From Candidatus Omnitrophota bacterium (GTDB lineage: Bacteria; Omnitrophota; Gorgyraeia; 2-01-FULL-45-10), in contig PLNN01000028.1 of the NCBI GenBank assembly GCA_003142795.1, positions 1 to 61,544 of the forward strand: DNA of 61,544 bases. Reading direction: 5' to 3'. A program made the translations under genes and the position numbers. Shown here piece by piece: positions 35,631-46,154 of this stretch. The notes under the pieces were generated by a model that did not search any database, was not told the DNA's origin, and was given only the letters and a program-made list of their open reading frames with translations. The number at the start of each line of letters is the position of its first letter. Positions within the stretch are counted from its first letter, which is position 1.

Positions 35631-37051
35631 TCAGTCCCGTCTTTCGTATCTTCTATGATAATATTCATGTCGGAAAGTTCTTTACGTATATCATCTGCCT
35701 TTTTAAAATCTTTTGCCTTGCGCGCTGTGTTACGCTCGGCTATCAACCTTATGATACGCTCCTTGTTCACTTCGGTAGTGATCTCTTCGGAAAGGTCCAG
35801 GCCTAACACACTGCTGAAGATCAGCAGGTTATCTCTCATTTCATATAACGCTTTTTTTTCATCCTGGCTAAATGAACTTCTGCCGTAAATACGCTTATTA
35901 AAAAAAGTAATTGCTTCAAATAAGCTTGCAAGTGCAAGTGGGGTATTAAAATCATCGTCCATGGCTTCTTCAAACTTTGTTTTAAATTCTTTAAAATCAT
36001 CGGGCACATGACCCGCAGATGCAGCTTTGTATCCTTTTAGAATTTTGTTAAGCTCTTTGAACAGAATAAGAAATCGTTCTTTTTCCTTTTTCGCTTCCAG
36101 TATCTTTTCCTCTGTGTAGTCTATCGGGCTGGAATAATGGGCCGACAGAAAAAACAGTTTCAGATAATCAGGGTCTTTATGCTTGGCAATAAAATCCTTG
36201 ATCGTAATGTAATTGCCCAGCGACTTTGCCATCTTCTCGCTATTTATAGTAAGAAGGCCGTTATGTATCCAGTACCTGGCGAACTTAAGGCCTGCGCCTT
36301 CGGACTGGGCTATTTCGTTCTCGTGATGCGGGAATATAAGATCTATGCCGCCGCCATGAATATCGAATTCATCGCCCAGTATGTCCGAGCTCATGACCGA
36401 ACACTCTATATGCCAGCCCGGCCTTCCCTCGCCCCATGGGCTCGGCCAGGCAGGTTCGCCCTCCTTAGCCTTTTTCCATAGCGCAAAATCCTGAGGGTCG
36501 CGCTTAGCCTCGCCCGGTGATACTCTTGAGCCTGCCTCCATCTTTTCCAGGTTCTGGTTCGACAGCTTGCCGTAATTCTTTGTTTTCTTTATATCAAAAT
36601 ATACGTCGCCGCCCGACGCGTAAGCGCATTCTTTCTTGATCAGAAGCTCGATGAACTTTATCATCTTAGGGATATATTCGGTCGCCTTCGGCTCTTTGTC
36701 AGGCTTCGCGATCCCGAGAAGCGCCATATCTTCGTGGTAGGCATCAAGATATTTTTCTGCGATTTTTTTTGTTTCTTCCACAAGGCTTGCGGCTTGTGAC
36801 GTATGACTTGTGACTTTTCTCGCTTTCTCAATTATCTTATCGTCTACATCGGTGACGTTCCTGACGAATTGGACATCGAGGCCTTTATATTTCAGATATC
36901 GCCGTATGACGTCGAATATATAGGCGCTGCGGGCGTGTCCTATATGCGGCTCATCGTAAACCGTCGGTCCGCAGACATACATGCTGACATGGCCTTCCTT
37001 GATCGGCTGAAAATCCTGTTTTTCTCTTTTGAGTGAATTATATATTCTCAT
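35612..37051 (-). CDS. cysS: Cysteinyl-tRNA synthetase
   Basis: [15 protein letters not shown], and GWHIECS zinc-site blocks. Confidence 0.95.
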   Translation of the reverse strand: MRIYNSLKREKQDFQPIKEGHVSMYVCGPTVYDEPHIGHARSAYIFDVIRRYLKYKGLDVQFVRNVTDVDDKIIEKARKVTSHTSQAASLVEETKKIAEKYLDAYHEDMALLGIAKPDKEPKATEYIPKMIKFIELLIKKECAYASGGDVYFDIKKTKNYGKLSNQNLEKMEAGSRVSPGEAKRDPQDFALWKKAKEGEPAWPSPWGEGRPGWHIECSVMSSDILGDEFDIHGGGIDLIFPHHENEIAQSEGAGLKFARYWIHNGLLTINSEKMAKSLGNYITIKDFIAKHKDPDYLKLFFLSAHYSSPIDYTEEKILEAKKEKERFLILFKELNKILKGYKAASAGHVPDDFKEFKTKFEEAMDDDFNTPLALASLFEAITFFNKRIYGRSSFSQDEKKALYEMRDNLLIFSSVLGLDLSEEITTEVNKERIIRLIAERNTARKAKDFKKADDIRKELSDMNIIIEDTKDGTEWRVKV

Positions 37052-37737
37052 TTTTCCAGTTTATCCAGTCGCCGTTTCAATTCATCTATCTCCTGCAGGA
37101 GCGGATCGAGCACATGGATATGGTCGAGCGATATATCTATCTTTTTACCATCCTGTTTTGTGATCCTTCCGGGAACGCCGACTACCGTAGAATTCGGCGG
37201 CACGTCTTTGATAACAACGGCATTTGCGCCGATATACGAGCTCTCTCCTATTGTGATATTCCCGAGGACCTTTGCGCCTGTGCCGATAACCACATTGTCG
37301 CCGATCGTAGGATGGCGTTTGCCTTTCTCTTTGCCTGTCCCGCCAAGCGTCACGCCCTGGTAGATCGTGACATTATCGCCGATTATGGTAGTCTCTCCTA
37401 TCACAACGCCCATCCCATGATCTATAAAAAATTCTTTGCCTATAGTGGCTCCCGGATGTATCTCTATTCCCGTAAAAAACCTTCCGAGCTGCGAAATATA
37501 GCGCGGGATGAGCGGGATACGCATCCGCCACAGGACATGCGTTATCCTGTAAAATATGATCGCATGCAGGCCGGCATAAGTCAGAAGCACTTCCAGGAAG
37601 CTCGTCGCTGCCGGATCGCGCTCGAATGTCGCTTTTATCTCCTGCCTGAACAGGATCGCTATCAGCACCCAAAAAGCAACAAATGCAAATATAAGCGTCG
37701 TTAAAAAACTCATGCAGATCGTCATATCGCACCTCAT
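37048..37737 (-). CDS. cysE: Serine O-acetyltransferase
   Basis: Left-handed beta-helix hexapeptide repeats with IHPGA.IG..FFIDHG.GVVIGET. The N-terminal about 25 aa of the track ORF may be spurious. Confidence 0.9.
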   Translation of the reverse strand: MRCDMTICMSFLTTLIFAFVAFWVLIAILFRQEIKATFERDPAATSFLEVLLTYAGLHAIIFYRITHVLWRMRIPLIPRYISQLGRFFTGIEIHPGATIGKEFFIDHGMGVVIGETTIIGDNVTIYQGVTLGGTGKEKGKRHPTIGDNVVIGTGAKVLGNITIGESSYIGANAVVIKDVPPNSTVVGVPGRITKQDGKKIDISLDHIHVLDPLLQEIDELKRRLDKLEK

Positions 37738-37753
37738 ATTTAAAAGACAATTA

Positions 37754-37776
37754 TAGGGCAGGATAAGCCTGCCCTA
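37754..37776 (-). terminator. Stem-loop between ispF and cysE, possibly a terminator or attenuator
   Basis: A perfect 9-bp stem TAGGGCAGG/CCTGCCCTA with a 5-nt loop. On the minus-strand RNA it is followed by UAAUUGUCUUUU, so the U-tract is imperfect. Confidence 0.45.
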
Positions 37777-37805
37777 CGGCTACAGATAATCTAACCTTAT
37801 AAATT

Positions 37806-38282
37806 TTATTTCTTCTCTTCCAGCATTACAACGGCGTATGCCGCTATGGCTTCGCCCCGGCCGATAGATCCTACGCTCTCATTGGTAGTGGCTTTTATAT
37901 TTATCCTGTCCTTTTTTATTTCCAATATATCGGCCATCGTATCCAGCATCTTCTCTCTAAAAGGAGCTATCTTCGGATCTTCACCCAGGACCACTGTATC
38001 TACATTAGATATAATATAATTTTTTGACGCAACAAGCTTTAAGACCTTCTTCAACATCACCTTGCTTGCCACACCCTTATATTGCTGGTCTGTATTCGGG
38101 AAGTGCTGGCCTATGTCGCCCAGCGAAAGCGCGCCAAGCATCGCGTCCGCTACGGCGTGCAGGACGACATCGCCGTCCGAATGGCCGAGGAGCCCCTTAA
38201 TATACGGGATCTCAACGCCTGCCAGGAACAGCTTTCTTTCCTCGACCAGCCTGTGTATATCGTAACCTATTCCGACTCTCAT
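37806..38282 (-). CDS. ispF: 2-C-methyl-D-erythritol 2,4-cyclodiphosphate synthase
   Basis: RVGIGYDIHRL and GHSDGDVVLHA blocks. Confidence 0.95.
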   Translation of the reverse strand: MRVGIGYDIHRLVEERKLFLAGVEIPYIKGLLGHSDGDVVLHAVADAMLGALSLGDIGQHFPNTDQQYKGVASKVMLKKVLKLVASKNYIISNVDTVVLGEDPKIAPFREKMLDTMADILEIKKDRINIKATTNESVGSIGRGEAIAAYAVVMLEEKK

Positions 38283-38950
38283 ATAAGCACCTCCGCGAAC
38301 TTCAGGTCTTCTTTTGTCGTTATCTTTATATTTTTATATGATCCCTCGAGTATCGCTATCCGCGCGCCTGTCTTTTCAGCCAAACCGGAATCGTCCGTAA
38401 CGCCCTTCTTAAATCCGGCGTAAGCCTTCTTTATCACTTCGCGCCTGAACGTTTGAGGCGTTTGTGCGCGGAAAAGCCGGCTCCTGTCCGGTGTATCCTT
38501 TATGAACATGCCTTTATCGGCAAGTTTAACGGTATCGCTCTCAGGCACCGCTACCACGCAGCCGCCGTATTTCCGCGACAGCCTTATCGACTCTTCTATC
38601 ATGGACTTTGTCACAAAAGGCCTTGCGCCGTCATGGATCAGGACTATATCGAATGACCTATCGACTATTTTCAGACAATTCCTGACAGATTCCGCGCGCG
38701 TCTTACCCCCGATGATCACGTCCGTTACTTTTTTAAACCGATATCTCTTCGCCAGGGCCTTAAAAGAATTTACACAACTATTTTCCGACGCTATTATGAT
38801 CCGGTCGATCGCGCTACAGCCGTCCAAGGTCTTCAACGCATAACTTACTATCGGTTTCCCATTTAAAAGAACGAACGGTTTCTTCTTTTTTAATCCCAGT
38901 CTCCTGCCGTATCCGGCGGATGGGACGATGGCAACTACGCGAGGCCTCAT
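38279..38950 (-). CDS. ispD: 2-C-methyl-D-erythritol 4-phosphate cytidylyltransferase
   Basis: VPSAGYGRRLG, IHDGARPF, and Q.F. blocks. There is a 4-nt overlap with ispF. Confidence 0.9.
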   Translation of the reverse strand: MRPRVVAIVPSAGYGRRLGLKKKKPFVLLNGKPIVSYALKTLDGCSAIDRIIIASENSCVNSFKALAKRYRFKKVTDVIIGGKTRAESVRNCLKIVDRSFDIVLIHDGARPFVTKSMIEESIRLSRKYGGCVVAVPESDTVKLADKGMFIKDTPDRSRLFRAQTPQTFRREVIKKAYAGFKKGVTDDSGLAEKTGARIAILEGSYKNIKITTKEDLKFAEVLI

Positions 38951-39972
38951 TTACCCTGCCGCCCCTGAGATCTCGGTTGGTCTTCCAGCTTCGCGAATAT
39001 CATCCTGCCGGCCGATGTCTGGAGAACGCTCGTTACTATGACCTTGACTGCCTGGCCGATGAGATGCCTGGAATTGTCGACTACCACCATCGTGCCGTCA
39101 TCAAGATAGGCAACCCCCTGGTTATATTCTTTGCCCTCTTTGTTTATGCGTACTTCCATCGTTTCTCCGGGCAGCACTATCGGCCTTAAAGCATTGGCGA
39201 GTTCGTTGATATTCAATACCGTTACCCCCTGAAGCTCGGCTATCTTGTTCAGATTGAAATCGTTGGTAAATACCTTCGCGCCCAGGACCTTAGCCAATTT
39301 TACAAGCTTGGCGTCCACTTCTTTTATTTCCGGGAAATCTTCTTCCTGTATCCTGACGTCAAAGGCAGGGGTTTTTTGTATTTTATTCAATATATCAAGC
39401 CCGCGCCTGCCGCGCGTGCGTTTCAGCGAATCCTGCGAATCGGCTATCTGCTGGAGTTCCTTTAAAACGAACCTCGGGATGACTATCCTGCCTTCCACAA
39501 AATTCGTCTGGAAGATGTCCGCTATCCTTCCGTCGATTATAACGCTGGTATCGAGAAGTATAACGTCTTCTTTTTTGTCCTGCCTGACGAATTTCACATA
39601 AGGGATGATGAGGTTGAACTCATCCTTCCCTCTCATCGCTATCACCATCCCGAGATAACAGAATATCAGGATGAGTATTATTTGTAACGACGCGAATAGC
39701 TCCAGGCTCATGGGAATGAGCTTTATAACGCTTGTCAATAACCATGCCATAAAGAAACCGAATATCAGTCCGAATACCGCGGCAGAGAGATTGCGGATCG
39801 AGAAACGGCGCATGACCAGCTCGATCAATATTATCACAAGAGAGCCTATAAATCCGATAACCGCGCCGCCCACGCCCCATGCGGTATTAAAGGCGCCCAT
39901 CAATGAACCTACATAATAGCCTGCCACGCTCGACAGGATAACAAAGAAAGCCCTTAAAAATATTAGAGTCAT
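38947..39972 (-). CDS. yacL: PIN/TRAM-domain membrane protein (YacL-like)
   Basis: Four N-terminal TM helices, a PIN-like LDTSVIIDGRI block, and a C-terminal TRAM-like beta domain. Same position relative to ispD as Bacillus yacL. Confidence 0.75.
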   Translation of the reverse strand: MTLIFLRAFFVILSSVAGYYVGSLMGAFNTAWGVGGAVIGFIGSLVIILIELVMRRFSIRNLSAAVFGLIFGFFMAWLLTSVIKLIPMSLELFASLQIILILIFCYLGMVIAMRGKDEFNLIIPYVKFVRQDKKEDVILLDTSVIIDGRIADIFQTNFVEGRIVIPRFVLKELQQIADSQDSLKRTRGRRGLDILNKIQKTPAFDVRIQEEDFPEIKEVDAKLVKLAKVLGAKVFTNDFNLNKIAELQGVTVLNINELANALRPIVLPGETMEVRINKEGKEYNQGVAYLDDGTMVVVDNSRHLIGQAVKVIVTSVLQTSAGRMIFAKLEDQPRSQGRQGK

Positions 39973-40004
39973 ATATCAATCCGCCCTTTCATTAAAATTA
40001 AATA

Positions 40005-40613
40005 TTAATCCGCGCCGCGCGGCTTATTAAGGAGTTTCCACGGATGTTTCCTGATATCCGCCGTAAATGCTTCTAAATTCTGGTAAATGCTGTCATCCAT
40101 CAAAAGCTTTCCTACCGTACCTTCTCCCCGTTTCAGCTTGTCAACGATCACCGTGACAGAGTCTGAAAGCCTGGCAAGATTCTCGGTTATCTTTTCCATC
40201 GCAACGGGGTCTTTCCCGACTACCATATCATTTTCTTTCAAAAGAGGCTTCCCCGGGGTTCCAGGAAATATCTCAAGGTATTTTTCACCTAGCAGGCCTA
40301 GGGTATTTATGGTCACTAACGCGTCGTTTTCTATCCTGGTGCCTTCCTGGATCCACACTGTAAGCTCCGCTCTCGTTTTCTTATCTTTTTCGTTAACGAT
40401 CCTTATGCCGCGGACCTGTCCGACGCCCACACCCGCAAGCCTAACAGGCGCCGCAGGGCCGATACCGCCGGCAAAGTCGAATGAAACTTTTAGCTTATAG
40501 CCCGTCTTGGAGATATTTATATCTCCCACGGAAAACACTATAAGAAATAAGATCGTTATGCCTATCATGATAAAAATGCCGACCTTCAATTCAAAAGTTT
40601 TTGTGCTATCCAT
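40005..40613 (-). CDS. mlaD: MCE-domain protein MlaD
   Basis: N-terminal TM anchor followed by one MCE domain (GL..GAPVR.AGV.VG.V..I). It follows mlaE and mlaF. Confidence 0.8.
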   Translation of the reverse strand: MDSTKTFELKVGIFIMIGITILFLIVFSVGDINISKTGYKLKVSFDFAGGIGPAAPVRLAGVGVGQVRGIRIVNEKDKKTRAELTVWIQEGTRIENDALVTINTLGLLGEKYLEIFPGTPGKPLLKENDMVVGKDPVAMEKITENLARLSDSVTVIVDKLKRGEGTVGKLLMDDSIYQNLEAFTADIRKHPWKLLNKPRGAD

Positions 40614-40658
40614 AATACATCTCCCGCGTTAATTCCTGCGTTAACCTGATTTAACTGA

Positions 40659-41429
40659 TCAAGTGACTAAATGCTCGAAATCTATTCCTTCTGTTATGGG
40701 ACCTTTTCCTGTGCCGGTCACGAACTGGTGCACTATGGGGTCCTTTGAATTCTTTATCTCATTGGGCGTGCCAACAGCGACTATCTTTCCGTTATATAGC
40801 ATGGCGATCCTGTCCGCTATCTTATAGGCGCTCGTCATATCGTGAGTGACCGCAATGCCGGTCACCTTAAGCTTATTGTGGAGCTCTATGATAAGGTCGT
40901 TTATCGCGTCTCCCATTATAGGGTCGATGCCGGTCGTCGGTTCATCGTAAAGCACGATCTGCGGCCGTATGCAGATAGCCCTGGCCAGGCCGACCCTTTT
41001 CCTCATCCCGCCGGATAACTCGGCCGGCTTCTTCTCTTCGATCCCTTTAAGCCCCACCATCTCCAGGCATTCCTTGACCCTCTTTTTGACCTCTTCGGGC
41101 CCGGCGTTGGTATGTTCGATCATGTTGAATGCAACATTCTCGAGGACGTTCAGCGAATCAAAGAGCGCCGCGCCCTGAAAAAGCATCCCGAACTGCATGC
41201 GCAGGGTGTTCAATTCTTTCTCATCCATCTTGGTGACGTCTTTTCCATCTATAAGGATCTGGCCGTCGTCCGGCTTCATCAATCCTATAATGTGTTTCAA
41301 AAGGACGCTCTTCCCGCAGCCTGACCTGCCGATAATAACGGTCGTCTCCCCCGTATTTATATTCAGGTTCAGGTTGTTCAGGACCATGTGTCCATCGAAC
41401 GATTTACAAAGATTTATTATCTCTATCAT
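40659..41429 (-). CDS. mlaF: Mla-type ABC transporter ATP-binding protein
   Basis: Walker A GRSGCGKS, signature LSGGM, Walker B LYDEPT. Confidence 0.85.
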   Translation of the reverse strand: MIEIINLCKSFDGHMVLNNLNLNINTGETTVIIGRSGCGKSVLLKHIIGLMKPDDGQILIDGKDVTKMDEKELNTLRMQFGMLFQGAALFDSLNVLENVAFNMIEHTNAGPEEVKKRVKECLEMVGLKGIEEKKPAELSGGMRKRVGLARAICIRPQIVLYDEPTTGIDPIMGDAINDLIIELHNKLKVTGIAVTHDMTSAYKIADRIAMLYNGKIVAVGTPNEIKNSKDPIVHQFVTGTGKGPITEGIDFEHLVT

Positions 41430-41432
41430 TTT

Positions 41433-42239
41433 TTATTTCGCCACAAAGTAGAATAATGCCGTAAAGAAACAATCGGATGCTATTATAAGGATAAAGCTTA
41501 TAACGACGCTGGTCGTAGTCGCCCTGCCCACGCCCTCAGCCCCGCCTTCGGCCGCCATCCCTTCGTAACACGCGACGATGCAAGTTATCACCCCAAAAAA
41601 GAAGCTCTTTACGATGCCCGTAAATATATCTTTATATTTAAGCGGATTCCAGGTATTCTTCATATACATGGCATGCGATATGCCGAGTTTATATACGCCT
41701 ACTACATATCCGCCCATAACGCCTATAATGTCGGAATATACCGTGAGAAGCGGGAGCATTATTATGAGGGCCAGGAATCTCGGCACTACCAGATATTTTA
41801 TCGGATTTGTAGCGAGGGTCTCAAGCGCGTCTATCTGCTCGGTCACCTTCATCGTCCCGAGCTCCGCTGTGATCGATGCCCCGACCCGCCCCGCTACGAT
41901 CAGCGCCGTAAGGACCGGCCCCAGCTCTCTTGTCATCGAGAACGCGACCAGCGATGCGATATACATCTCCGCGGAAAACATCTTCATCTGGTACGCGCTC
42001 TGAAGGGCCAGCACCATGCCGGTAAAAAGGCTTATGAGCGACACTATCGGCAGCGAATCGACGCCGATCTTCGACATCTGTTCCAGTATCTGGCGCCTTC
42101 TCATTGGCGGCATAGGTATCCAGAAAAGCGTCTGGCCCATCAGCACGGTCAGCCCGCCTGCGTATCTGACAAATTCCACAAACCTGTGGCCCAGTATTTC
42201 CGCGATCCTTATTATTACATTCCCCTTAGCGGTCTTCAT
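41433..42239 (-). CDS. mlaE: Mla-type ABC transporter permease
   Basis: MlaE-family blocks (RELGPVLTALIVAGR.G....ELG.M.V.EQIDAL). Confidence 0.85.
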   Translation of the reverse strand: MKTAKGNVIIRIAEILGHRFVEFVRYAGGLTVLMGQTLFWIPMPPMRRRQILEQMSKIGVDSLPIVSLISLFTGMVLALQSAYQMKMFSAEMYIASLVAFSMTRELGPVLTALIVAGRVGASITAELGTMKVTEQIDALETLATNPIKYLVVPRFLALIIMLPLLTVYSDIIGVMGGYVVGVYKLGISHAMYMKNTWNPLKYKDIFTGIVKSFFFGVITCIVACYEGMAAEGGAEGVGRATTTSVVISFILIIASDCFFTALFYFVAK

Positions 42240-43684
42240 CAGAACTTATCCTTATGCTCGAACCCGAAAAAATCATTGCCCTGGCTCAGCGTCATTCGCA
42301 GGCTGTTGTTGGGATGAAGTTTATATTCCAGCTGGACCTCGTCCGCATTCTTTATGCCCTCGTCTATTTTTTCACCGGTAACAAATGTATTGAAACTCAG
42401 GTTTATATCATCGGTCAGCTTTTTCTTCATGCTGAACTCCTGGACATCCTGCACTTTCTTTTCTTTCCACCCGTCCCAGGTTATCGCCCTGTCATCGCTA
42501 GTCATCTTGATGTTTGAAAAGAACGCATTTTTACCGATCTTCCTCAGGTCCATTTCGCCGCCGATAGTAAAATAACCGCTCTCTCTGGTTATCCTGGCAT
42601 CTTCTATCCTTATAACAGGGCCTTCGCCTTTCAGCGTGGCAGTCAGATAATTGAAATCGAGCGTCGCTATGGATCCTTTTCTTATCTCCAGGCGGCTGGT
42701 CGATCTCAAATTGGAAAGGGCGCCCTTTAATTCGAATTTGGCATTCAACGTGCCCGACAAGATCGAAGAGGCACCTTTCGCGCCCAGGCGCGAAAATAGC
42801 CAGCTTAAGCTGACGTTATTAATGAGCATCGTAAGATCGGTATTGAACGGTTTTTTCAAAGAAATTTTACCGCTTCCTTTAAAACTATCTTCAAGATTTA
42901 AATCCGACATCTCGAATACGCCGCTGGCTATCCTGTAAGACGCCTTGATATCAAGAAAAGGGTTGTAATTTACTACAAGGCCCTTAGTTTCGAATCTGCC
43001 TTCGACAGACCCGTCTTGCCGGCTTACGAACTTATTGTTAAGAACGGCGTCTCCTACTATATCGTAACCGAACAGTTTGAGATGATTTGCCCTGAAATTC
43101 ACCTCGAGATCGCCCTCATCGGAAATAACGCCTTCGGCTTTTAAAGACCCTTTTGCAGGCCTTATGTCCAGGTCGAACCGGTCCCCTTTTACGCTGCCGC
43201 TGAAATTTATCCGGCTATTATCAGGCAGATCCAGATATCCTATAAGGCGCGAATTCTGAAGATCGCCGTCGAGCCTCACAAAACCTGCAACTTTATTATC
43301 TTTCGCCACAAAATTTATATATACGCGCGAATCTTTTTCGAGGATCTGGGACAAGACGGAAGCATTTCCCCGTCTTAACAGTACGTCCCATATCCTGTAA
43401 TTCGTCTGTATGCTGTTTATGTTGAGGGATGAAAAGAGCGATGCTCCTTTTTTATCCTTTATCTTTATATTGTTAAGAACGAAAGGATGGACTATCCCGC
43501 CGTCGAGCGACCCTATCGACAGATTGATCCTGCCATTAAAAGTCTGCTCGATCTTCAGGACGGCGAAATCCTTTATCTGCGGAGCGAACGCCTCGATCCT
43601 CGATTCGAAGAACAGGATCGCGCATATGACGCAAAGTGAAACTAAAATAAATTTAAACCGTCTTCTTACTTTTATATGACGCAT
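42239..43684 (-). CDS. Membrane-anchored beta-rich protein, AsmA/TamB-like (putative)
   Basis: A single N-terminal TM (FKFILVSLCVICAILFF) is followed by about 440 aa of repetitive alternating-polarity beta segments (G.L.L.G.L...). The stop overlaps the mlaE ATG (TGATG). Assignment is by composition and architecture only. Confidence 0.4.
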   Translation of the reverse strand: MRHIKVRRRFKFILVSLCVICAILFFESRIEAFAPQIKDFAVLKIEQTFNGRINLSIGSLDGGIVHPFVLNNIKIKDKKGASLFSSLNINSIQTNYRIWDVLLRRGNASVLSQILEKDSRVYINFVAKDNKVAGFVRLDGDLQNSRLIGYLDLPDNSRINFSGSVKGDRFDLDIRPAKGSLKAEGVISDEGDLEVNFRANHLKLFGYDIVGDAVLNNKFVSRQDGSVEGRFETKGLVVNYNPFLDIKASYRIASGVFEMSDLNLEDSFKGSGKISLKKPFNTDLTMLINNVSLSWLFSRLGAKGASSILSGTLNAKFELKGALSNLRSTSRLEIRKGSIATLDFNYLTATLKGEGPVIRIEDARITRESGYFTIGGEMDLRKIGKNAFFSNIKMTSDDRAITWDGWKEKKVQDVQEFSMKKKLTDDINLSFNTFVTGEKIDEGIKNADEVQLEYKLHPNNSLRMTLSQGNDFFGFEHKDKF

Positions 43685-43698
43685 ACCGGCTTTCGGCT

Positions 43699-46128
43699 TT
43701 AGATCATCTTGAATTCCAGATGATCTGTCTTCGCGACAACTTTTACATTGCCGCCCTTCTTGAACGTCCCTTTTATGATATCCTCGGCGAGCGGGTCTTC
43801 CAGGAATCTCTGTATCGTCCTCTTAAGCGGCCTGGCCCCGAAATTCTTATCAAAACCTTTCTCTATAAGGAAGTCCTTCGCTTCCTGGCTAAGCTCAAGC
43901 TTGATATTCTGCTCTTTAAGCCTTGCCTCGACGTCTTTTATTTCCAATTCTACTATCTTCTCCAGATCCTGTTTTGTCAAAGACCTGAAGACTATTATAT
44001 CATCGACCCTGTTCAGGAATTCCGGCTTAAACGTCTTCTTTACTTCATCCAGGAGCCGCTCCTTCATCGCCTGGTATGTGGTATCTTCGGCCTGCGATTT
44101 AAATCCGAGCGAGCCCTGTTTTTTGAGCATTTCGGCGCCGATGTTAGAGGTCATGATAACGATCGTATTTTTGAAATCCACTTTTCTTCCGAAAGAATCG
44201 GTAAGCCGCCCCTCCTCAAGAAGCTGTAATAGAAGGTTAAAAACATCCGGATGCGCCTTCTCTATCTCGTCTAGAAGTATGACCGAATATGGGCGTCTCC
44301 TTACCTTTTCGGTAAGCTGCCCGCCCTCTTCGTATCCGACGTAGCCCGGAGGCGCTCCGACAAGCCTGGAAATATTGAACTTTTCCATGTATTCCGACAT
44401 ATCGATCTGTATTATCGCGTCCTCATCCCCGAACATAAATTCAGCCAGAGCCCGGCCGATCAAAGTCTTACCGACTCCTGTCGGCCCCAAAAATATGAAC
44501 GAGCCGATAGGGCGCCGCGGGTCTTTTATGCCGGCGCGCGAACGCCTGACAGCGTGCGCTATGGCGCTTATGGCCTCTTCCTGGCCGATCACGCGTTTAT
44601 GAAGAGCGTCTTCTATTTTAAGGAATTTATCCTGTTCTTTCTCTTCCAACTTCACTATAGGTATGCCTGTCCATTTCGCGAGAATAAAGGCGATGTCGTC
44701 CGCGGTAACTTCAGGTTCGAACTTTCCCTTCGCCTCTTTCCATTCTCTCTTCGTCTTGTTCAATTCTTCTTTTAATTTTCTCTCCTCGTCCCTGAACTTG
44801 GCGGCCTTTTCGAAATCCTGGTTCTTTACGGCGGCTTCTTTTTCCTGTTTTATAACCACCGTTTTATCTTCTATGTGTTTCACGTCGGGCGGGGCGGTCA
44901 TGACAGAAAGCCTCGCACGCGAACCCGCTTCATCTATAAGGTCTATGGCCTTGTCCGGAAGATACCTGCCGCTTATGTACCTGTCGGAAAGCTTTGCCGC
45001 GGCCTCGAGCGCCTCATCCGTAAATTTAACCTTATGATGAGCCTCATATCTATCGCGCAGCCCCTTCAGTATTTCTATGGTATCCACAACGCTCGGAGGC
45101 TCGACCATTATCGTCTGGAAACGTCTCTCCAGCGCGGCATCCTTCTCGATGTGTTTGCGGTATTCGTCAAGCGTGGTCGCGCCGATGCACTGTATCTCTC
45201 CGCGCGACAGGGCCGGCTTCAGGATGTTCGATGCGTCTATGGCTCCCTCGGCGCCGCCCGCGCCTATCAAAGTGTGAAGTTCATCGATAAATAGTATTAT
45301 ATCTTCGTTCCTTTTGATCTCATCCATTACAGCTTTTATGCGTTCCTCGAATTGTCCTCTGTATTTTGTCCCGGCGACCATCAGGGCAAGGTCCAGGATT
45401 ATTATCCTTTTGTCCTTTAATGTCTCCGGCACATCGCCGGCTATCACCTTTTGAGCAAGCCCTTCGACTATAGCCGTTTTGCCTACGCCGGCCTCTCCTA
45501 GGAGAACAGGATTATTCTTAGTCCGTCTCGACAATATCTGTATCACCCGCTCTATCTCGTTCTTCCTGCCTATTACAGGATCAAGCTTATTGTCCTTTGC
45601 CAATTTCGTCAAGTCGCGCCCGAAAGCATCCAACGCCGGAGTCTTGGCATGCGAAGTCTTCTGCCCCATTTCATATCCTGGAATATCGGATCCCAAAAGA
45701 TTCATCACCTCTTCTCTGACTTTTTCAAGTTCCAATCCCAGGTTCATCAGTACCTGGGACGCCACACCCTCGCCCTCTCTTATTAAACCAAGAAGAAGGT
45801 GCTCGGTTCCTATATAATTATGGCCGAGCGCACGCGCCTCGTCCATTGCCAGCTCTATAACCTTTTTCGCTTTCGGAGTGAACGGCAGGTCGCCGGATAC
45901 CACTGTAGCGGGCCCGGGCTGCACAAGTTTCTCTACTTCCAACCGGACCTTATCCGAACTCAGCCCGAAACTCGCCAGCACTGCCGCGGCGACGCCTTCC
46001 CCTTCCCTCACAAGCCCAAGGAGAATGTGTTCGGTCCCAATATAATCATGGTTAAATCTCTTGGCCTCTTCCTTAGCCAGGAGAATTACTTTTCTTGCTC
46101 TTTCGGTGAATCTGTTAAACATCGGCAT
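43699..46128 (-). CDS. clpC: ATP-dependent Clp protease ATP-binding subunit ClpC
   Basis: Double Clp_N repeat, two AAA+ modules (GEAGVGKT and GPTGVGKT), and a UVR-like linker. Confidence 0.95.
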   Translation of the reverse strand: MPMFNRFTERARKVILLAKEEAKRFNHDYIGTEHILLGLVREGEGVAAAVLASFGLSSDKVRLEVEKLVQPGPATVVSGDLPFTPKAKKVIELAMDEARALGHNYIGTEHLLLGLIREGEGVASQVLMNLGLELEKVREEVMNLLGSDIPGYEMGQKTSHAKTPALDAFGRDLTKLAKDNKLDPVIGRKNEIERVIQILSRRTKNNPVLLGEAGVGKTAIVEGLAQKVIAGDVPETLKDKRIIILDLALMVAGTKYRGQFEERIKAVMDEIKRNEDIILFIDELHTLIGAGGAEGAIDASNILKPALSRGEIQCIGATTLDEYRKHIEKDAALERRFQTIMVEPPSVVDTIEILKGLRDRYEAHHKVKFTDEALEAAAKLSDRYISGRYLPDKAIDLIDEAGSRARLSVMTAPPDVKHIEDKTVVIKQEKEAAVKNQDFEKAAKFRDEERKLKEELNKTKREWKEAKGKFEPEVTADDIAFILAKWTGIPIVKLEEKEQDKFLKIEDALHKRVIGQEEAISAIAHAVRRSRAGIKDPRRPIGSFIFLGPTGVGKTLIGRALAEFMFGDEDAIIQIDMSEYMEKFNISRLVGAPPGYVGYEEGGQLTEKVRRRPYSVILLDEIEKAHPDVFNLLLQLLEEGRLTDSFGRKVDFKNTIVIMTSNIGAEMLKKQGSLGFKSQAEDTTYQAMKERLLDEVKKTFKPEFLNRVDDIIVFRSLTKQDLEKIVELEIKDVEARLKEQNIKLELSQEAKDFLIEKGFDKNFGARPLKRTIQRFLEDPLAEDIIKGTFKKGGNVKVVAKTDHLEFKMI

Positions 46129-46154
46129 TTTTTACACTCCTCCAGCAATTCGCT

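Noticed and set aside
36790-36815. An imperfect CTTGTGAC...CTTGTGAC repeat inside cysS (encoding VTSHTSQ), superficially similar to the metG heptamer repeat (both contain GTCAC on the coding strand).
   Set aside because: There are only two imperfect copies separated by unrelated bases. No tandem structure exists, so chance is the simplest explanation.
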